Below are positions 30,061 to 40,867 of a DNA stretch of 64,000 bases, in pieces. The notes under the pieces are model-generated. The model searched no databases. It was given only the letters and a program-made list of their open reading frames with translations, and was not told where the DNA came from. This DNA is from Candidatus Bathyarchaeota archaeon (GTDB taxonomy: Archaea > Thermoproteota > Bathyarchaeia > Bathyarchaeales > Bathycorpusculaceae). The position numbers were made by a program, and so were the translations under genes. Each line of letters begins with the position of its first letter. Position 1 is the first letter of the stretch. The DNA lies in contig CAVTZU010000023.1 of assembly GCA_963739305.1 (NCBI GenBank), forward strand, positions 56,167 to 120,166, read 5' to 3'.

Positions 30061-32229
30061 TTGAGTGAGATACAGTTACGCGTCGGAGACGCAAGACAAA
30101 GAGACGTCGGCAGAGGCATAGCACGCCTCGACCAAAAAACAATGCAAAGACTCGGCATATCCGCGGGCGACGTAATTGAAATCTGTGGAAAAAGAACGAC
30201 ATCCGCAATAGCATGGCCTGCCTACAGCGAAGACCAAAACCGAGACTTGCTTCGCATAGACGGCTTCGCTCGGAAAAACGCAGGCGTCGCCATAAACGAG
30301 TACGTGATCGTTCGAGCAGCCAAAGTCAAACCGGCCATGAGCATCACTCTGGCGCCAGTGGACATGAGGCTGAACGTAGACGAGGATTTCACCAACTTCG
30401 TCAAGAATCGTTTGATGGAAAGGACTCTCGTAGAAGGGGACACAACCCTAGTCATGATGCTGGGACACGCTATACCGTTCACGACGACGAAAACCCGCCC
30501 TCACGGTATAGTCAAAGTCACCGCAGAAACAAAACTCACGATACTGAATGAACCCGCGCCAGAAGGAAAAGGACTGCCAAAAACCACCTATGAAGACGTC
30601 GGAGGACTACACGAAGAGATTCAAAGAGTAAGGGAAATGGTCGAGCTTCCACTCAGACACCCCGAACTTTTCCAGAGGCTCGGAATCGAGCCTCCAAAAG
30701 GAGTACTCCTCCACGGACCACCAGGCTGTGGCAAAACGCTGCTTGCCAGAGCAGTCGCAAACGAGTCTGAAGCAAATTTCTTCTCGATAAACGGGCCAGA
30801 AATAATGAGCAAATTCTACGGAGAATCAGAAGCCAGACTAAGAGAAATCTTCCAACAAGCCCAGCAGAATGCGCCAAGCATAATATTCATCGATGAACTA
30901 GACGCGATCGCGCCGAAACGAGAAGAAGTCACAGGCGAGGTTGAAAGACGCGTCGTGGCCCAGCTACTCGCCCTTATGGATGGTTTGTCCGGAAGAGGCA
31001 ACGTGATAGTCATAGGCGCAACGAACAGGCCAGGCGCACTTGACCCCGCACTCCGGAGACCTGGCAGGTTTGACCGAGAAATCGAGATCGGCGTTCCCGA
31101 CAAGCAGGGACGACACGAAATCCTCCAAATTCACACACGAGGAATGCCCCTGGCAGATGTTGACATCAAAAAACTTGCTGACATGACACATGGATACACT
31201 GGAGCAGACCTCTCGTCTCTCGGCAGAGAGACAGCAATGAAAGCCCTACGCAGATATTTGCCCCAGATAAACCTTGAAGAAGAACGCGTCCCGCCGAGTG
31301 TTCTCGAGAAGATGCAGGTCACGATGGAAGATTTCATGAACGCGTACAAAGAGATAACGCCCACGGCAATGCGTGAAGTGTACATTGAGATTCCAACAAT
31401 TCACTGGGAAGACATAGGGGGTTTGGAAGAAGTAAAGGAAGATCTCAGGGAAGCCGTTGAATGGCCATTGAAGACGCCTGAAATCTTCGAGAGGCTCGGA
31501 ATCAAACCGCCCAAAGGCATCCTGCTGTATGGCCCTCCTGGATCTGGAAAGACGCTCCTCGCAAAAGCCGTGGCGACCGAGAGCGCTGCCAATTTCATAA
31601 CGATAAAGGGCCCTGAAGTGTTTTCAAAATGGGTTGGCGAATCGGAAAAAGCCATCAGGGAAGTGTTCAGAAAAGCTAGAATGGCCGCGCCTGCAATTGT
31701 TTTCTTCGACGAGATCGATTCGCTTGTGCCACGAAGAGGTCTCGGTTTCTCGGACAGCGGCGTAAGTGAGAGAGTGATCAGTCAACTTCTCACAGAGATG
31801 GACGGCATGGTCGGCCTCGAGGACATCGTCATAATCGCCGCAACCAACAGACCGGACATGGTTGACCCTGCTGTGCTCCGACCAGGAAGGTTTGACAGAC
31901 TCATTTACGTGCCAGAACCAGACGAGAAAAGCAAGTTGCAGATCTTCAAGATATACACGAAGAACATGCCCCTGGCGAAAGACATTGACCTCACTCAGCT
32001 GGCAGTCTCCGCCAAGAATTTCTCAGGAGCGGACATCGACGCATTCTGCCGTGAAGCAGCCATGGTAGCCCTGAGAAGAGACGTGAACGCCAAAGAAGTC
32101 ACTTTAGAAGACTTCAATGAAGCCAGAAAACGCGTGGGACCTTCGGTGACTCCCGACATGGAAAAATGGTACAAAAGCTTCATGCAGCAAGCAAGACAAA
32201 TTCAGAAACCGGCAACGCCGGTTGCGTAG
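30061..32229 (+). CDS. cdc48: Cdc48/VCP AAA+ ATPase
   Basis: N-domain RDVGRGIAR; two AAA modules ([14 protein letters not shown] and [14 protein letters not shown]); RPGRFDR twice. Confidence 0.97.
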   Translation: MSEIQLRVGDARQRDVGRGIARLDQKTMQRLGISAGDVIEICGKRTTSAIAWPAYSEDQNRDLLRIDGFARKNAGVAINEYVIVRAAKVKPAMSITLAPVDMRLNVDEDFTNFVKNRLMERTLVEGDTTLVMMLGHAIPFTTTKTRPHGIVKVTAETKLTILNEPAPEGKGLPKTTYEDVGGLHEEIQRVREMVELPLRHPELFQRLGIEPPKGVLLHGPPGCGKTLLARAVANESEANFFSINGPEIMSKFYGESEARLREIFQQAQQNAPSIIFIDELDAIAPKREEVTGEVERRVVAQLLALMDGLSGRGNVIVIGATNRPGALDPALRRPGRFDREIEIGVPDKQGRHEILQIHTRGMPLADVDIKKLADMTHGYTGADLSSLGRETAMKALRRYLPQINLEEERVPPSVLEKMQVTMEDFMNAYKEITPTAMREVYIEIPTIHWEDIGGLEEVKEDLREAVEWPLKTPEIFERLGIKPPKGILLYGPPGSGKTLLAKAVATESAANFITIKGPEVFSKWVGESEKAIREVFRKARMAAPAIVFFDEIDSLVPRRGLGFSDSGVSERVISQLLTEMDGMVGLEDIVIIAATNRPDMVDPAVLRPGRFDRLIYVPEPDEKSKLQIFKIYTKNMPLAKDIDLTQLAVSAKNFSGADIDAFCREAAMVALRRDVNAKEVTLEDFNEARKRVGPSVTPDMEKWYKSFMQQARQIQKPATPVA

Positions 32230-32241
32230 GCGAACCAGAAA

Positions 32242-32475
32242 ATGCCGCTGCCAACAAAAACGTGGAAGACACTTCCAGCGTACTTCACACTCCTTGATTT
32301 GCTGCAGAAAAAGGGCTCTTCGACAGACGCTGAACTCTTCGAAGCGCTTACAGAAGAATTCGAAGATCTTGGTTTTAAAGACTTCAATGAACTTCTTATG
32401 CGCCTAGAGGTCAGCGGAAAAATCCGTTTGACCTCGATGTCTCGAGGAAAGAAAAGAATAGAGCTCATAACCTAA
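32242..32475 (+). CDS. Small winged-helix protein
   Basis: LL.KKG...DAELFE.L...FNELLMRLEVSGKI...RGKKRIEL. Confidence 0.75.
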   Translation: MPLPTKTWKTLPAYFTLLDLLQKKGSSTDAELFEALTEEFEDLGFKDFNELLMRLEVSGKIRLTSMSRGKKRIELIT

Positions 32476-32506
32476 ATGGCAAACGCGCAGAACGTCTGCG
32501 TGCATC

Positions 32507-33733
32507 TTGATGAAAGACTTTTCAGACGCGATAGTGATAGGAGCTGGTCCTGCCGGTTCCTTCACGGCTTTGAAGCTCGCGCAGTCAGGCGTCGACGTGA
32601 CCGTCTGTGAAGAACACAGACAGATAGGCATTCCCGCGCACTGTGCGGGACATCTTAGCATAAATGGTCTCAGACGACTTGGAATGTACCCGCTCCCTCC
32701 CGAGATCGTAGAAAATACGTATAGCGGTGCAGTCTTCCACTCGCCTGTGGGAAACAGTTTTGAAGTTCATCTGGATTCGCCTATCACGTGCTCTCTAGAT
32801 CGTGCTCTGTTCGACAAATTTGTGGCGGAAAAAGCTCAGGATGCAGGAGCACATTACAGCTTAGATTCCAGAGTTGAAAGATTGAAAATCGAGAAGGATA
32901 CCTCGAGCATTGTGATTACAGGAGAACGAGACAGAATCGAGCAGATGCAAGGCAAAATCATCATTGATGCTGAGGGTATTTCGTCGAGAATACTCCGACA
33001 GATAGGCCTTTCAAGGCTCAACCCGAAAATGTTGGTAAGGGGTATAGAAGCGGAAGTTGAAAACGTAAGAGATACTCGACAAGATGTTGTTGAGGTTTTT
33101 CTCGGAGCTGACTATGCGCCGGGTTTCTATGCATGGTTGATGCCACAGAAAGGTGGCAAGGCAAAAATTGGGCTTGGAGCGAGAGTTGGAAACCCAAGGG
33201 AGCTTCTGACAAAATTGATGACCAAGCATCCGAAGGCCTCAGAGAGATTTCGAAACGCAAGAATAAGTCAGGTTGCCTTTCATCCGATAACGCTCGGTGG
33301 ACCGATAAGCAAGGCTTATTGCAATAGATTTCTGGCTGTTGGGGACGTGGCTTCTCAGGTCAAGCCTACCACGGGAGGCGGCGTTATCTTCGGAATGACG
33401 TGTGCTGCGATGGCTGCTGAAGTTGCGAAGAAGGCTATCGACTTGAATGATTTTTCATCGGACTTTTTGAGCATTTACCAAAGGAAGATCAATGAGGCTC
33501 TCGGCTTTGACGCGAAGATGATGGTGAGAATGAGGAGGATATTGGACAAGGTTTCAGACAGAAGACTTGACAAGTTGATCGCGTTGTGTTCAAGGATTGG
33601 GCTAGAAAAAACGCTTCGAAGCGTGGAAGAAATAGATTTGCAGGCAAGTGCTCTTTTGAGCGTTTTGAAAAGCCCTCGCGTGCTTACTGCTCTTGGCTAT
33701 TTCTTGTTCGCGTATCTTTTTGCGAACCCTTAA
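32507..33733 (+). CDS. Geranylgeranyl reductase family flavoprotein
   Basis: IGAGPAG, P.HCAG, DR..FDK, PGFYAWLMP, VGDVASQVKPTTGGG. Confidence 0.9.
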   Translation: MMKDFSDAIVIGAGPAGSFTALKLAQSGVDVTVCEEHRQIGIPAHCAGHLSINGLRRLGMYPLPPEIVENTYSGAVFHSPVGNSFEVHLDSPITCSLDRALFDKFVAEKAQDAGAHYSLDSRVERLKIEKDTSSIVITGERDRIEQMQGKIIIDAEGISSRILRQIGLSRLNPKMLVRGIEAEVENVRDTRQDVVEVFLGADYAPGFYAWLMPQKGGKAKIGLGARVGNPRELLTKLMTKHPKASERFRNARISQVAFHPITLGGPISKAYCNRFLAVGDVASQVKPTTGGGVIFGMTCAAMAAEVAKKAIDLNDFSSDFLSIYQRKINEALGFDAKMMVRMRRILDKVSDRRLDKLIALCSRIGLEKTLRSVEEIDLQASALLSVLKSPRVLTALGYFLFAYLFANP

Positions 33734-33775
33734 AATGTTTGAGTTATAGACTGGTAGGTCAAGGTTCAGGGAAGC

Positions 33776-34138
33776 ATGTCGGATTTCAGGTACAAGCAGG
33801 TCATAGTTTTTCGTTCGGATCTCAAGCTGAGCAAGGGCAAAGCTTCGGCTCAAGCTGGGCACGCGGCGATTTCAGCGGCGGAAGAGGCGCGTAAACACAG
33901 GAAAGAATGGTTTGAGGGTTGGCTGAGAGAAGGGCAGTGCAAAATTGCGGTCAAGGTGAAGAATGAGAAGGAGCTCGCTAGGCTGGAGGCGGAAGCAAAG
34001 GAGCTGGGGTTGCCGAACGCGTTGATTGTTGACAGGGGTCTCACAGAGATTCCTGCTGGAACTGTCACATGTCTCGGCATCGGTCCTGCGCCCGTTGAGA
34101 GAGTCGACAAGATAACTGGTCTGCTTCCTCTGCTCTGA
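33776..34138 (+). CDS. pth2: Peptidyl-tRNA hydrolase Pth2
   Basis: KQVIVFRSDL.LSKGK.SAQ.GHA, DRGLTEI, GIGP, DKITG.L. Confidence 0.96.
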   Translation: MSDFRYKQVIVFRSDLKLSKGKASAQAGHAAISAAEEARKHRKEWFEGWLREGQCKIAVKVKNEKELARLEAEAKELGLPNALIVDRGLTEIPAGTVTCLGIGPAPVERVDKITGLLPLL

Positions 34139-34150
34139 GTGGGCTGGGCC

Positions 34151-35536
34151 ATGCGGGTTCCTTCGCTAGAAAGAAGCTTAGGCATAGAAGTGTATGCAAC
34201 ACGCCCCTCCGGCATCGGCGGCGTGATCCGCCAGGACGTTGAAGACTTTGTCGTAGAAGAAATGCTGGTCGACGGGTCGATGGCTCCAACTGCTGGATAC
34301 GAGAGTGTGGTTGGAAAGAGTGCCCTTGGTTCTTCGCAGGTTCACAACCGTTATTTGCTGTGCGTTTTGGTGAAGAGAAACTGGGACACGTTCATTGCGG
34401 TTTCAAACATTTCCCGACAACTTGGCATAAGCTCGGATCAGGTTCAGATAGCAGGGATTAAAGATGCGAAGGCTGTGACTGCCCAGTACGTTACGCTCGA
34501 ACACGTCTTAGTGGGAGACGTTGAGAAGGTTCACGTTAAAGATGTTAAGCTGTATCCAGTGGGTTACTTGCGGAACCCGCTTTCCACGTACTATCTGCTT
34601 GGAAATCATTTTCATGTGACGATCCGGAACATCAGACACTCGAAGAAGTTGATTGGACAAAGAATCAGAAAAATCACGGATGAATTGGAAGCGCAAACAG
34701 GGCTTCCGAACTTCTTCGGGCATCAACGTTTTGGCACAACGAGACCGATAACTCATCAGGTTGGCAGAGCACTGGTCAGGGGCGGTCTTGAACAGGCGGC
34801 AATGCTGTTTTTGGCGAAACCTAGCCTTCATGAGCATCCGAATTCCAGACAGGCCCGACGCGAACTGCGCGAGACAGGAAATTTCAGGAAGGCTTTGAGT
34901 TACTTCCCGAAGCAACTTCGGTACGAAAGGTTGATGTTGCGGAGTCTGGCTGAGGATATGGTGGACTTTGCTTCTGCGTTCAGGAAGCTGCCTGCTCGGC
35001 TTCGACGGCTTTTTGTCGAGGCGTATCAGTCTTATCTTTTCAACAGGTTTTTGAGTGAGAGAATAATGAGGGGTGTTCCGCTGAACGTTGCTGAAGTCGG
35101 TGACTACGTTGTGAGTGTCGAACGGTCTGGGCTGCCGATGCTAGACCTGTGGAAGACAGTGAGCAGTGAGAACCTCCACGTGATCAATCGGGCGGTTAAG
35201 GATGGAAAGATGCGTATCGCGCTTCCGCTTGTGGGGTACGGGCAGCAGACATCGCGGGGCGTTCAGGGAGAGATTGAACAGGGTATTCTTGAAGAAGAAG
35301 ATGTTGAGCTGCGGAACTTTCGGGTTGATTGTATGCGCGAGATGGGTTCGAAGGGGAGACTGCGGGCAATAGTCACTCCGGTGCAGCGTCTTGCCTTCGG
35401 TAAGGTGCAGGGTGGAGATGATGAGGATTCGGGATGCCGGGTGGAGGTGGATTTTGTGCTGTATCGGGGTGCATATGCGACGGTGGTTTTGAGGGAGATT
35501 ATGAAACCGCGAAGGCTTGTTGCGGCAGGGTTCTAG
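34151..35536 (+). CDS. truD: tRNA pseudouridine(13) synthase
   Basis: EDFVVEE, AGIKDAKAVTAQ, GNHF, PNFFGHQRFG, AYQSYLFN, GAYATVVLRE. Confidence 0.96.
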   Translation: MRVPSLERSLGIEVYATRPSGIGGVIRQDVEDFVVEEMLVDGSMAPTAGYESVVGKSALGSSQVHNRYLLCVLVKRNWDTFIAVSNISRQLGISSDQVQIAGIKDAKAVTAQYVTLEHVLVGDVEKVHVKDVKLYPVGYLRNPLSTYYLLGNHFHVTIRNIRHSKKLIGQRIRKITDELEAQTGLPNFFGHQRFGTTRPITHQVGRALVRGGLEQAAMLFLAKPSLHEHPNSRQARRELRETGNFRKALSYFPKQLRYERLMLRSLAEDMVDFASAFRKLPARLRRLFVEAYQSYLFNRFLSERIMRGVPLNVAEVGDYVVSVERSGLPMLDLWKTVSSENLHVINRAVKDGKMRIALPLVGYGQQTSRGVQGEIEQGILEEEDVELRNFRVDCMREMGSKGRLRAIVTPVQRLAFGKVQGGDDEDSGCRVEVDFVLYRGAYATVVLREIMKPRRLVAAGF

Positions 35537-35980
35537 CGGGAGCGGAGGCCTACTTAACATGGTTTTTGAGAGAAAAACAGTCAAAAATGACCTACCCCCC
35601 TAGGTTTTTTTCTTAGAGGGCATCGCTGTCATGCCTCTTCAAAGAGTTTGGACTGGTTCTTACTGTGGTCTGTGACTCGTTTTCAACATGGTTTTCACGG
35701 CGTGTGAATGTGAAGTGCCCACTGAAAATCGTCAGGTCGCAACGGTTCAGGAGAAGCAAGAAATTCTCTTTTTCAGTTGATGATCTTCAACAGGTCGGAC
35801 CGCATCATTATTCCGACGGTGACTTTGCCCTTCTTAGTTAGCGCGGGAAGTTCTGCATGGAGGTCGCGGAAGGAAAAATATCGCCCCGCTGATCTGCTAA
35901 CGTTCACAATAACCCTTAACTTCTCTGTAACCCTATTCGCACGCAAACAGGTATACAAAAGCGACGTGAGGAAGTGAATC

Positions 35981-37096
35981 GTGCGCTCTGACTCAATAAA
36001 CACGTTAGTCATCGTCGTAGTTCTCTTCTTCTTCGCAAACAACCTTACGGGAAGTTTTCTGCCCATATACTTCAGAGACCAAGGCCTCGATCTAGCTGAA
36101 ATATGCGCCACTATGCTGCTTACGTTCGTGATATTGGGGTTTTTACCAGTTACACTATTGAAAACTGTCAAAAACTTCGAAAGAATAGTAACCGTTGGAA
36201 TATTCACGACGATGCTCTTCCTTATCGCGCTGATATACATAAGAAGCCCGATAATCTTAGGGCTGGCCTACGGGGTCAGCTTGGCTACTTTCTGGCCGAG
36301 CTTCAACTTGCTAATGTTCAGATTGAGCGAGTCGAACACTCGTGCAAGAACGATAAGCCTATACTCATCTATAATTCCCACTTTGGCAGGCGTAGCCGGA
36401 CCAGGAACAGGCGGGTTCATCATTGAGAAATTTGGCTACTCAGCCCTCTTTGTGACTTCGGTAGTACTGTACCTGATGACCTTCTTGCTTTCAACCCGAA
36501 TACATTACAGAAGTGAAGAAACCAAATTCTCCTTGCCGAAAAGCAAAACGTTTGCCATTTTCTTTGCAACCTTCATAATCGCTGGACTAGCCGAAACCTA
36601 TTGGATCGCTTACCCATTCTTTGTCCTCGACATTTCAGGATCCATATTGAACATGGGACTCGTGTTAACAGCAACCAGCATTCTTATCGCGGCAGTGACA
36701 TTCTCCGTCAGCTGGATCTCAGACATCAAGAAAACCCGCGTTGAATTCGCAGTGATCGGGACGCTGCTCAGCTCAACTTGGTACTTCGCTATAGGATTGG
36801 CTTCTTCAATAAGTCAAATCATCGTTCTATCCCTGATTTCAGGCCTTGCAAACGCGTTCAGAATTTCATGGTCCGCTCACTTCGGCGACTCTTTCGGAAG
36901 AGAACACTACGCAAGCATACTTGTAATGATGGAAACAGGACTCATGATAGGCAGGATCAGCAACCTCCCGGTAGCGTATTTGTTGATATCGACCACGAAC
37001 TACGCAGGTTACTTCATGACTTTCGGGATTGTCACGCTCTTCATGATTCCACTCTACATCGCAGCAAGGACAACTAGCGCGCGCATCGAGACTTGA
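35981..37096 (+). CDS. MFS-type transporter
   Basis: About 12 hydrophobic segments; FLPIYF, GPGTGG, SWISD. Confidence 0.8.
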   Translation: MRSDSINTLVIVVVLFFFANNLTGSFLPIYFRDQGLDLAEICATMLLTFVILGFLPVTLLKTVKNFERIVTVGIFTTMLFLIALIYIRSPIILGLAYGVSLATFWPSFNLLMFRLSESNTRARTISLYSSIIPTLAGVAGPGTGGFIIEKFGYSALFVTSVVLYLMTFLLSTRIHYRSEETKFSLPKSKTFAIFFATFIIAGLAETYWIAYPFFVLDISGSILNMGLVLTATSILIAAVTFSVSWISDIKKTRVEFAVIGTLLSSTWYFAIGLASSISQIIVLSLISGLANAFRISWSAHFGDSFGREHYASILVMMETGLMIGRISNLPVAYLLISTTNYAGYFMTFGIVTLFMIPLYIAARTTSARIET

Positions 37097-37193
37097 CGAT
37101 CTGAAAGAAGACTCTTTTCATGGATCTCAGATCCAATGTCTTGAAACGTTTAAATGCGGTGCCAAAACTTAGTCATCAACGAGATGAGAATTC

Positions 37194-37457
37194 ATGACCG
37201 AAACAACCGAAGAGAAACTACCGATTTCCGAGTTTTACAAAGTTGTCGAGTACGTGACTATTTTCAAGAGTCAAAAGTGGTGGGAAGCGGTTGTCATCTT
37301 TGAGTCTTACGGAAAACGCTCCATCGGCCTCTATATGTGGCAGAAGAGACAGGACGTTTGGAAACGAAAACACAAGTTTAACGTAAGAAACATGGATGAA
37401 TGGAACAAACTCAAAAACGCAATAGAACAACTTGCGCCGAAACTAGGTACGAAGTGA
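37194..37457 (+). CDS. Conserved small Trp-rich hypothetical protein
   Basis: 87 aa; TIFKSQKWWEAVV...IGLYMWQK...WKRKHKF...DEW. Confidence 0.75.
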   Translation: MTETTEEKLPISEFYKVVEYVTIFKSQKWWEAVVIFESYGKRSIGLYMWQKRQDVWKRKHKFNVRNMDEWNKLKNAIEQLAPKLGTK

Positions 37458-37548
37458 CTGCCAAACACAGACTCTAGATCCTTATTCGAGATCAAAATTC
37501 TTGATTGAATAATCTTATTAGAATACAGAAGGTACAAAAAAACAAAGG

Positions 37549-37977
37549 TTGAACAGTATGGATCCTAAAGAACAGACTGCGCAACAGACTGCGGACAATG
37601 AGCAGGAGCAATGGGTGGAAGAAGGCTGGGAAGAGAAAAACGCCCAACAAGAACCAGTCAAGGAGGAAAAACCAGCTCCGAAGCTTAAGCAAGAACCTAA
37701 GAAAGAGCCGACAATGCTCTATTTCGGGCCGCAACATGAAGCCAACAGAGCCATTTTCATTAACGGACTCTCGGTAGGCTTAGGAGTCGGATGTATAGTC
37801 ACTTTTGCCGTGATGTGGATTGCCGTTTTTTTCACTCCACAACTACCAGCGAGCGCATCGTATCAAGACCTGCTTTCGATATTCATCTTTCCGCTGATCT
37901 ACTTACTAGCAATAGGACTAATCACGTTGACAGCCGGAATTGTAAGAGAATTCTACACCGCTAAATTCAAAACATAG
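37549..37977 (+). CDS. Hypothetical membrane protein (two C-terminal TM helices)
   Basis: Acidic, low-complexity N-terminus and two hydrophobic helices. Confidence 0.75.
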   Translation: MNSMDPKEQTAQQTADNEQEQWVEEGWEEKNAQQEPVKEEKPAPKLKQEPKKEPTMLYFGPQHEANRAIFINGLSVGLGVGCIVTFAVMWIAVFFTPQLPASASYQDLLSIFIFPLIYLLAIGLITLTAGIVREFYTAKFKT

Positions 37978-38058
37978 AATAACCAAAGCCTACGCGTCTT
38001 TTTTCAACTTTGACAAACATTTTAAATAAACGACAGGCTGAGACTGTGTTGTGAAAAC

Positions 38059-38685
38059 ATGTCTTTTGGCCTGAAGCGGTCTCTTGAAAAGCTCACAAAG
38101 GAGAAAGCTCCAGGACCAAGCCCATCTTTCTCCATGTTTGATTTTCTGCTAGCGATCGAACTAGTTGCTGAGAAATCAGTTGGACGAAACAGACTGGCGG
38201 GTATGTTGGGAATTGGAGAGGGCGCGGCACGTACGTTACTGGGGAGATTGAGAGACGACGGTCTAATCTCGATCTCAAAAAAGGGATGTTCACTTACTGA
38301 CAAAGGATTGCGACTCTGGAACAGGTACAGATCGACCGTCAGAAAAGTCAGAATTGGGAAAAATGAGTTAACGTTCGCTGAATACAGTTTCGCGGTCCTA
38401 GTGAAGAATAGCGGACACAAAGTCAAGACAGGAATGGAACAGAGAGACTCAGCGATAGTGGCTGGCGCAAAAGGTGCAACGACGTTGTTGCTTCAGAAAG
38501 GGCAATTGGTGTTCCCAGAATTTGATCGCAACGTCAAAAGAGATTTTGCCAACGCTTCAGAGCAAATAACTCGTCTCCTTAAGCCACAAGAGAATGACAC
38601 GATCGTAGTCGTGAGCTCTGACACTGTTGCCAAAGCCGAACGCGGGGCCTTGGCAGCTGCATGGACGTTGATCGGGGACGATTAA
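38059..38685 (+). CDS. Winged-helix plus DUF4443-like domain protein
   Basis: GRNRLA.MLGIGEGAARTLL.RL; GMEQRDSAIVAGAKGATT. Confidence 0.8.
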   Translation: MSFGLKRSLEKLTKEKAPGPSPSFSMFDFLLAIELVAEKSVGRNRLAGMLGIGEGAARTLLGRLRDDGLISISKKGCSLTDKGLRLWNRYRSTVRKVRIGKNELTFAEYSFAVLVKNSGHKVKTGMEQRDSAIVAGAKGATTLLLQKGQLVFPEFDRNVKRDFANASEQITRLLKPQENDTIVVVSSDTVAKAERGALAAAWTLIGDD

Positions 38686-38703
38686 CAGAACCTACGCGAT
38701 AAC

Positions 38704-39465
38704 TCAAAAGGTGTACTTATCACCCTGTGCAAGAACCCTCTCGATGGCTGTGTTGAAGTTGATCATACCGTCGTTTGTCTTGGCTGAAACTGGAATCAAG
38801 GGTGACTGAAGACCAAGCCTGTAAATTGCCTGCATCATGTTCCTGCCAAACAACCGTTTCGTGCCTTCAAGCTTTTCGTCAATTGCGGCGGCAAGATCCG
38901 TCTGCCTCGACGACCAATTAACTATTTTGTTGACTTCTTCCTCGGGAAGCAGATCGCATTTCGAGAGTACGTGCAGTTGGGGGAGCATGAACCGGTTGAA
39001 AACTGCAGATGAAAGAAAGAGGTTTGACACATAATTGAGCGGATTGACCGAGAAAACTGCGTCATACAAGTACACGATGGCTTTGGGCTCTTTCGTGAGT
39101 TCATTTGTGATGTATGGTCCACTGGCCCTGAATGCAAACAGTTCCATCTGTCCTGAAGTATCGACCAAAACAAGATCTGTCTGGAGTTCCTCGATTTCCT
39201 TTGAGATTTTCTGAACTTCGTCCGCTATCAAATCAGCCGCCATCACCAGAGCGCCGTTTGGACCCAGCTGATACCTTTCCATCAAGTCTCCAATATCAAT
39301 GTAGTCTCGCACGTCGATCTCAGGCGAGTATGGAAGAAATGAAACGCCTGGATCAAGATTTACGATTGCAACGTCTTGCTTGGATATTTTGAGCCAATCG
39401 GCAAAAGCTGATGTGAGAAGGGATTTTCCAGATCCTGCGGTCCCGATTATGAAGACGATAAACAT
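38704..39465 (-). CDS. GPN-loop GTPase
   Basis: GTAGSGKS, VNLDPG, LGPNGA, DTSGQMELF, SKCD. Confidence 0.93.
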   Translation of the reverse strand: MFIVFIIGTAGSGKSLLTSAFADWLKISKQDVAIVNLDPGVSFLPYSPEIDVRDYIDIGDLMERYQLGPNGALVMAADLIADEVQKISKEIEELQTDLVLVDTSGQMELFAFRASGPYITNELTKEPKAIVYLYDAVFSVNPLNYVSNLFLSSAVFNRFMLPQLHVLSKCDLLPEEEVNKIVNWSSRQTDLAAAIDEKLEGTKRLFGRNMMQAIYRLGLQSPLIPVSAKTNDGMINFNTAIERVLAQGDKYTF

Positions 39466-39655
39466 CTTGATCAGTTCACTCCGTAACTGTGAAATACCGT
39501 GCCTATTCAGTCAAACCTTCAGGCGCGAGTAAAAGCTTTTTCTTCTTAGAAATTTCGATATGACTTAATTCTCATGTTTTCTTTCGATGCATTCTCTGAT
39601 GTTACGTTCACAAGCGTTGACGCTGGTGAATAGATAGCAGTCTATTTTCACTTTT

Positions 39656-40495
39656 TTAACCAGCTTCTGCGGGAACTACTTTCCCGCCGTTCTTCATTAC
39701 GAGGCTCGACAATTCTGTGATGGCTTTGTCTAGACATTTCCTTGCGACGCTGGAATTCTCACCCGTAGTTGAGAGATGCAGTTCTATGTGGGATTTTCTT
39801 CCCTCAACTTGAATGCGAGACTTTACGTAAACATGCGATTTTATGTAAACGGATGGGTTATTGTGCATGGTTGCGTCGATCAAAGGTGCCAAGCTGGATT
39901 CCATGATGTCTGATACGTAGATGCTTGCCTCGTGAAAGGCTGACTTACCGGCTTCATTCTTCAGCATCCGAGCAACTGACCCATTAAAAATGGCTTCCAT
40001 CTCCGGAGGAACTCCGGGCAAAGCTATGATTAACGTGGGTCCGACTTCTGCGAGCATTGCTGGAGCGGTGCCAACAGGGTTGGCGAGTGGTTTGGTTCTC
40101 GCTGGAAAAGTGGCCATCTTCACTCTTGAAGGTGTCATGTCGATTTTTTCGATTCTTCCTTCCTTGAGAAGTGCTTCATACTTTCCTTTTACCATTCTGA
40201 GAGCTTTGTCGTTGACGCTGAGTTTTCGATTTAGCCCTTTGGCTATGCCCTCAAGAGTCTTGTCGTCGAAGGTGGGCCCCAACCCGCCTGTAGTGATTAT
40301 GAAGCGTGGTTTTCTGCGCAGGGCTTCGCGTAAGGCGTGGGCTATTTCCTTCACTTCGTCACTAACAACGGTGATTCTGTTTACGCTTGCCCCAAGGGTG
40401 GTTGCTTGCTTTGCGAGCCAATGAGCGTTGGTGTTTAATGTTTTTCCTATTAACAATTCGTTGCCGACGCAGATTATTTCCACTTTGGCATTCAT
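39656..40495 (-). CDS. CinA N-terminal-like (MoCF-binding domain) protein
   Basis: VGNELLIG..LNTNA, TGGLGPTFDD.T, NPVGTAP, LPGVPPEM, YIKSH. Confidence 0.88.
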   Translation of the reverse strand: MNAKVEIICVGNELLIGKTLNTNAHWLAKQATTLGASVNRITVVSDEVKEIAHALREALRRKPRFIITTGGLGPTFDDKTLEGIAKGLNRKLSVNDKALRMVKGKYEALLKEGRIEKIDMTPSRVKMATFPARTKPLANPVGTAPAMLAEVGPTLIIALPGVPPEMEAIFNGSVARMLKNEAGKSAFHEASIYVSDIMESSLAPLIDATMHNNPSVYIKSHVYVKSRIQVEGRKSHIELHLSTTGENSSVARKCLDKAITELSSLVMKNGGKVVPAEAG

Positions 40496-40588
40496 AGCGA
40501 AATTTCTCCGCCTGAGTGGATATTCAAGAAGCCGTTCGTTCTTTTATGCTGTTTGCTGACTTTCGTCACAAAGAACTGATGGTTGTTT

Positions 40589-40795
40589 CTACTTTTTCTT
40601 GCTCAGATACCATTTCAGGTATTCTTTCTTTTGCTTTTGCCGCTCTTCTTCCTCGGACTCGAGGTTAGGTCTGAGTTTTTCTCTGAGCTCCATCAGTTCC
40701 TGCTGGGTCACTGATAGACCACAGCTCTTGCACACGTAGTGCTTGGTGGACAGCATGTACTGCATCTCGCCGCCACATTCTGGGCAATAAGGCAT
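40589..40795 (-). CDS. Small Zn-ribbon protein
   Basis: MPYCPECGG...YVCKSCG; C-terminal EYLKWYL; start at ATG 40795. Confidence 0.8.
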   Translation of the reverse strand: MPYCPECGGEMQYMLSTKHYVCKSCGLSVTQQELMELREKLRPNLESEEEERQKQKKEYLKWYLSKKK

Positions 40796-40867
40796 TTTTT
40801 CACTTGTTTCTGTCCCTAGAAGTGAGATCAGTTTGAGAAATAGGTTTCGCTTGATAAACACGTAACG

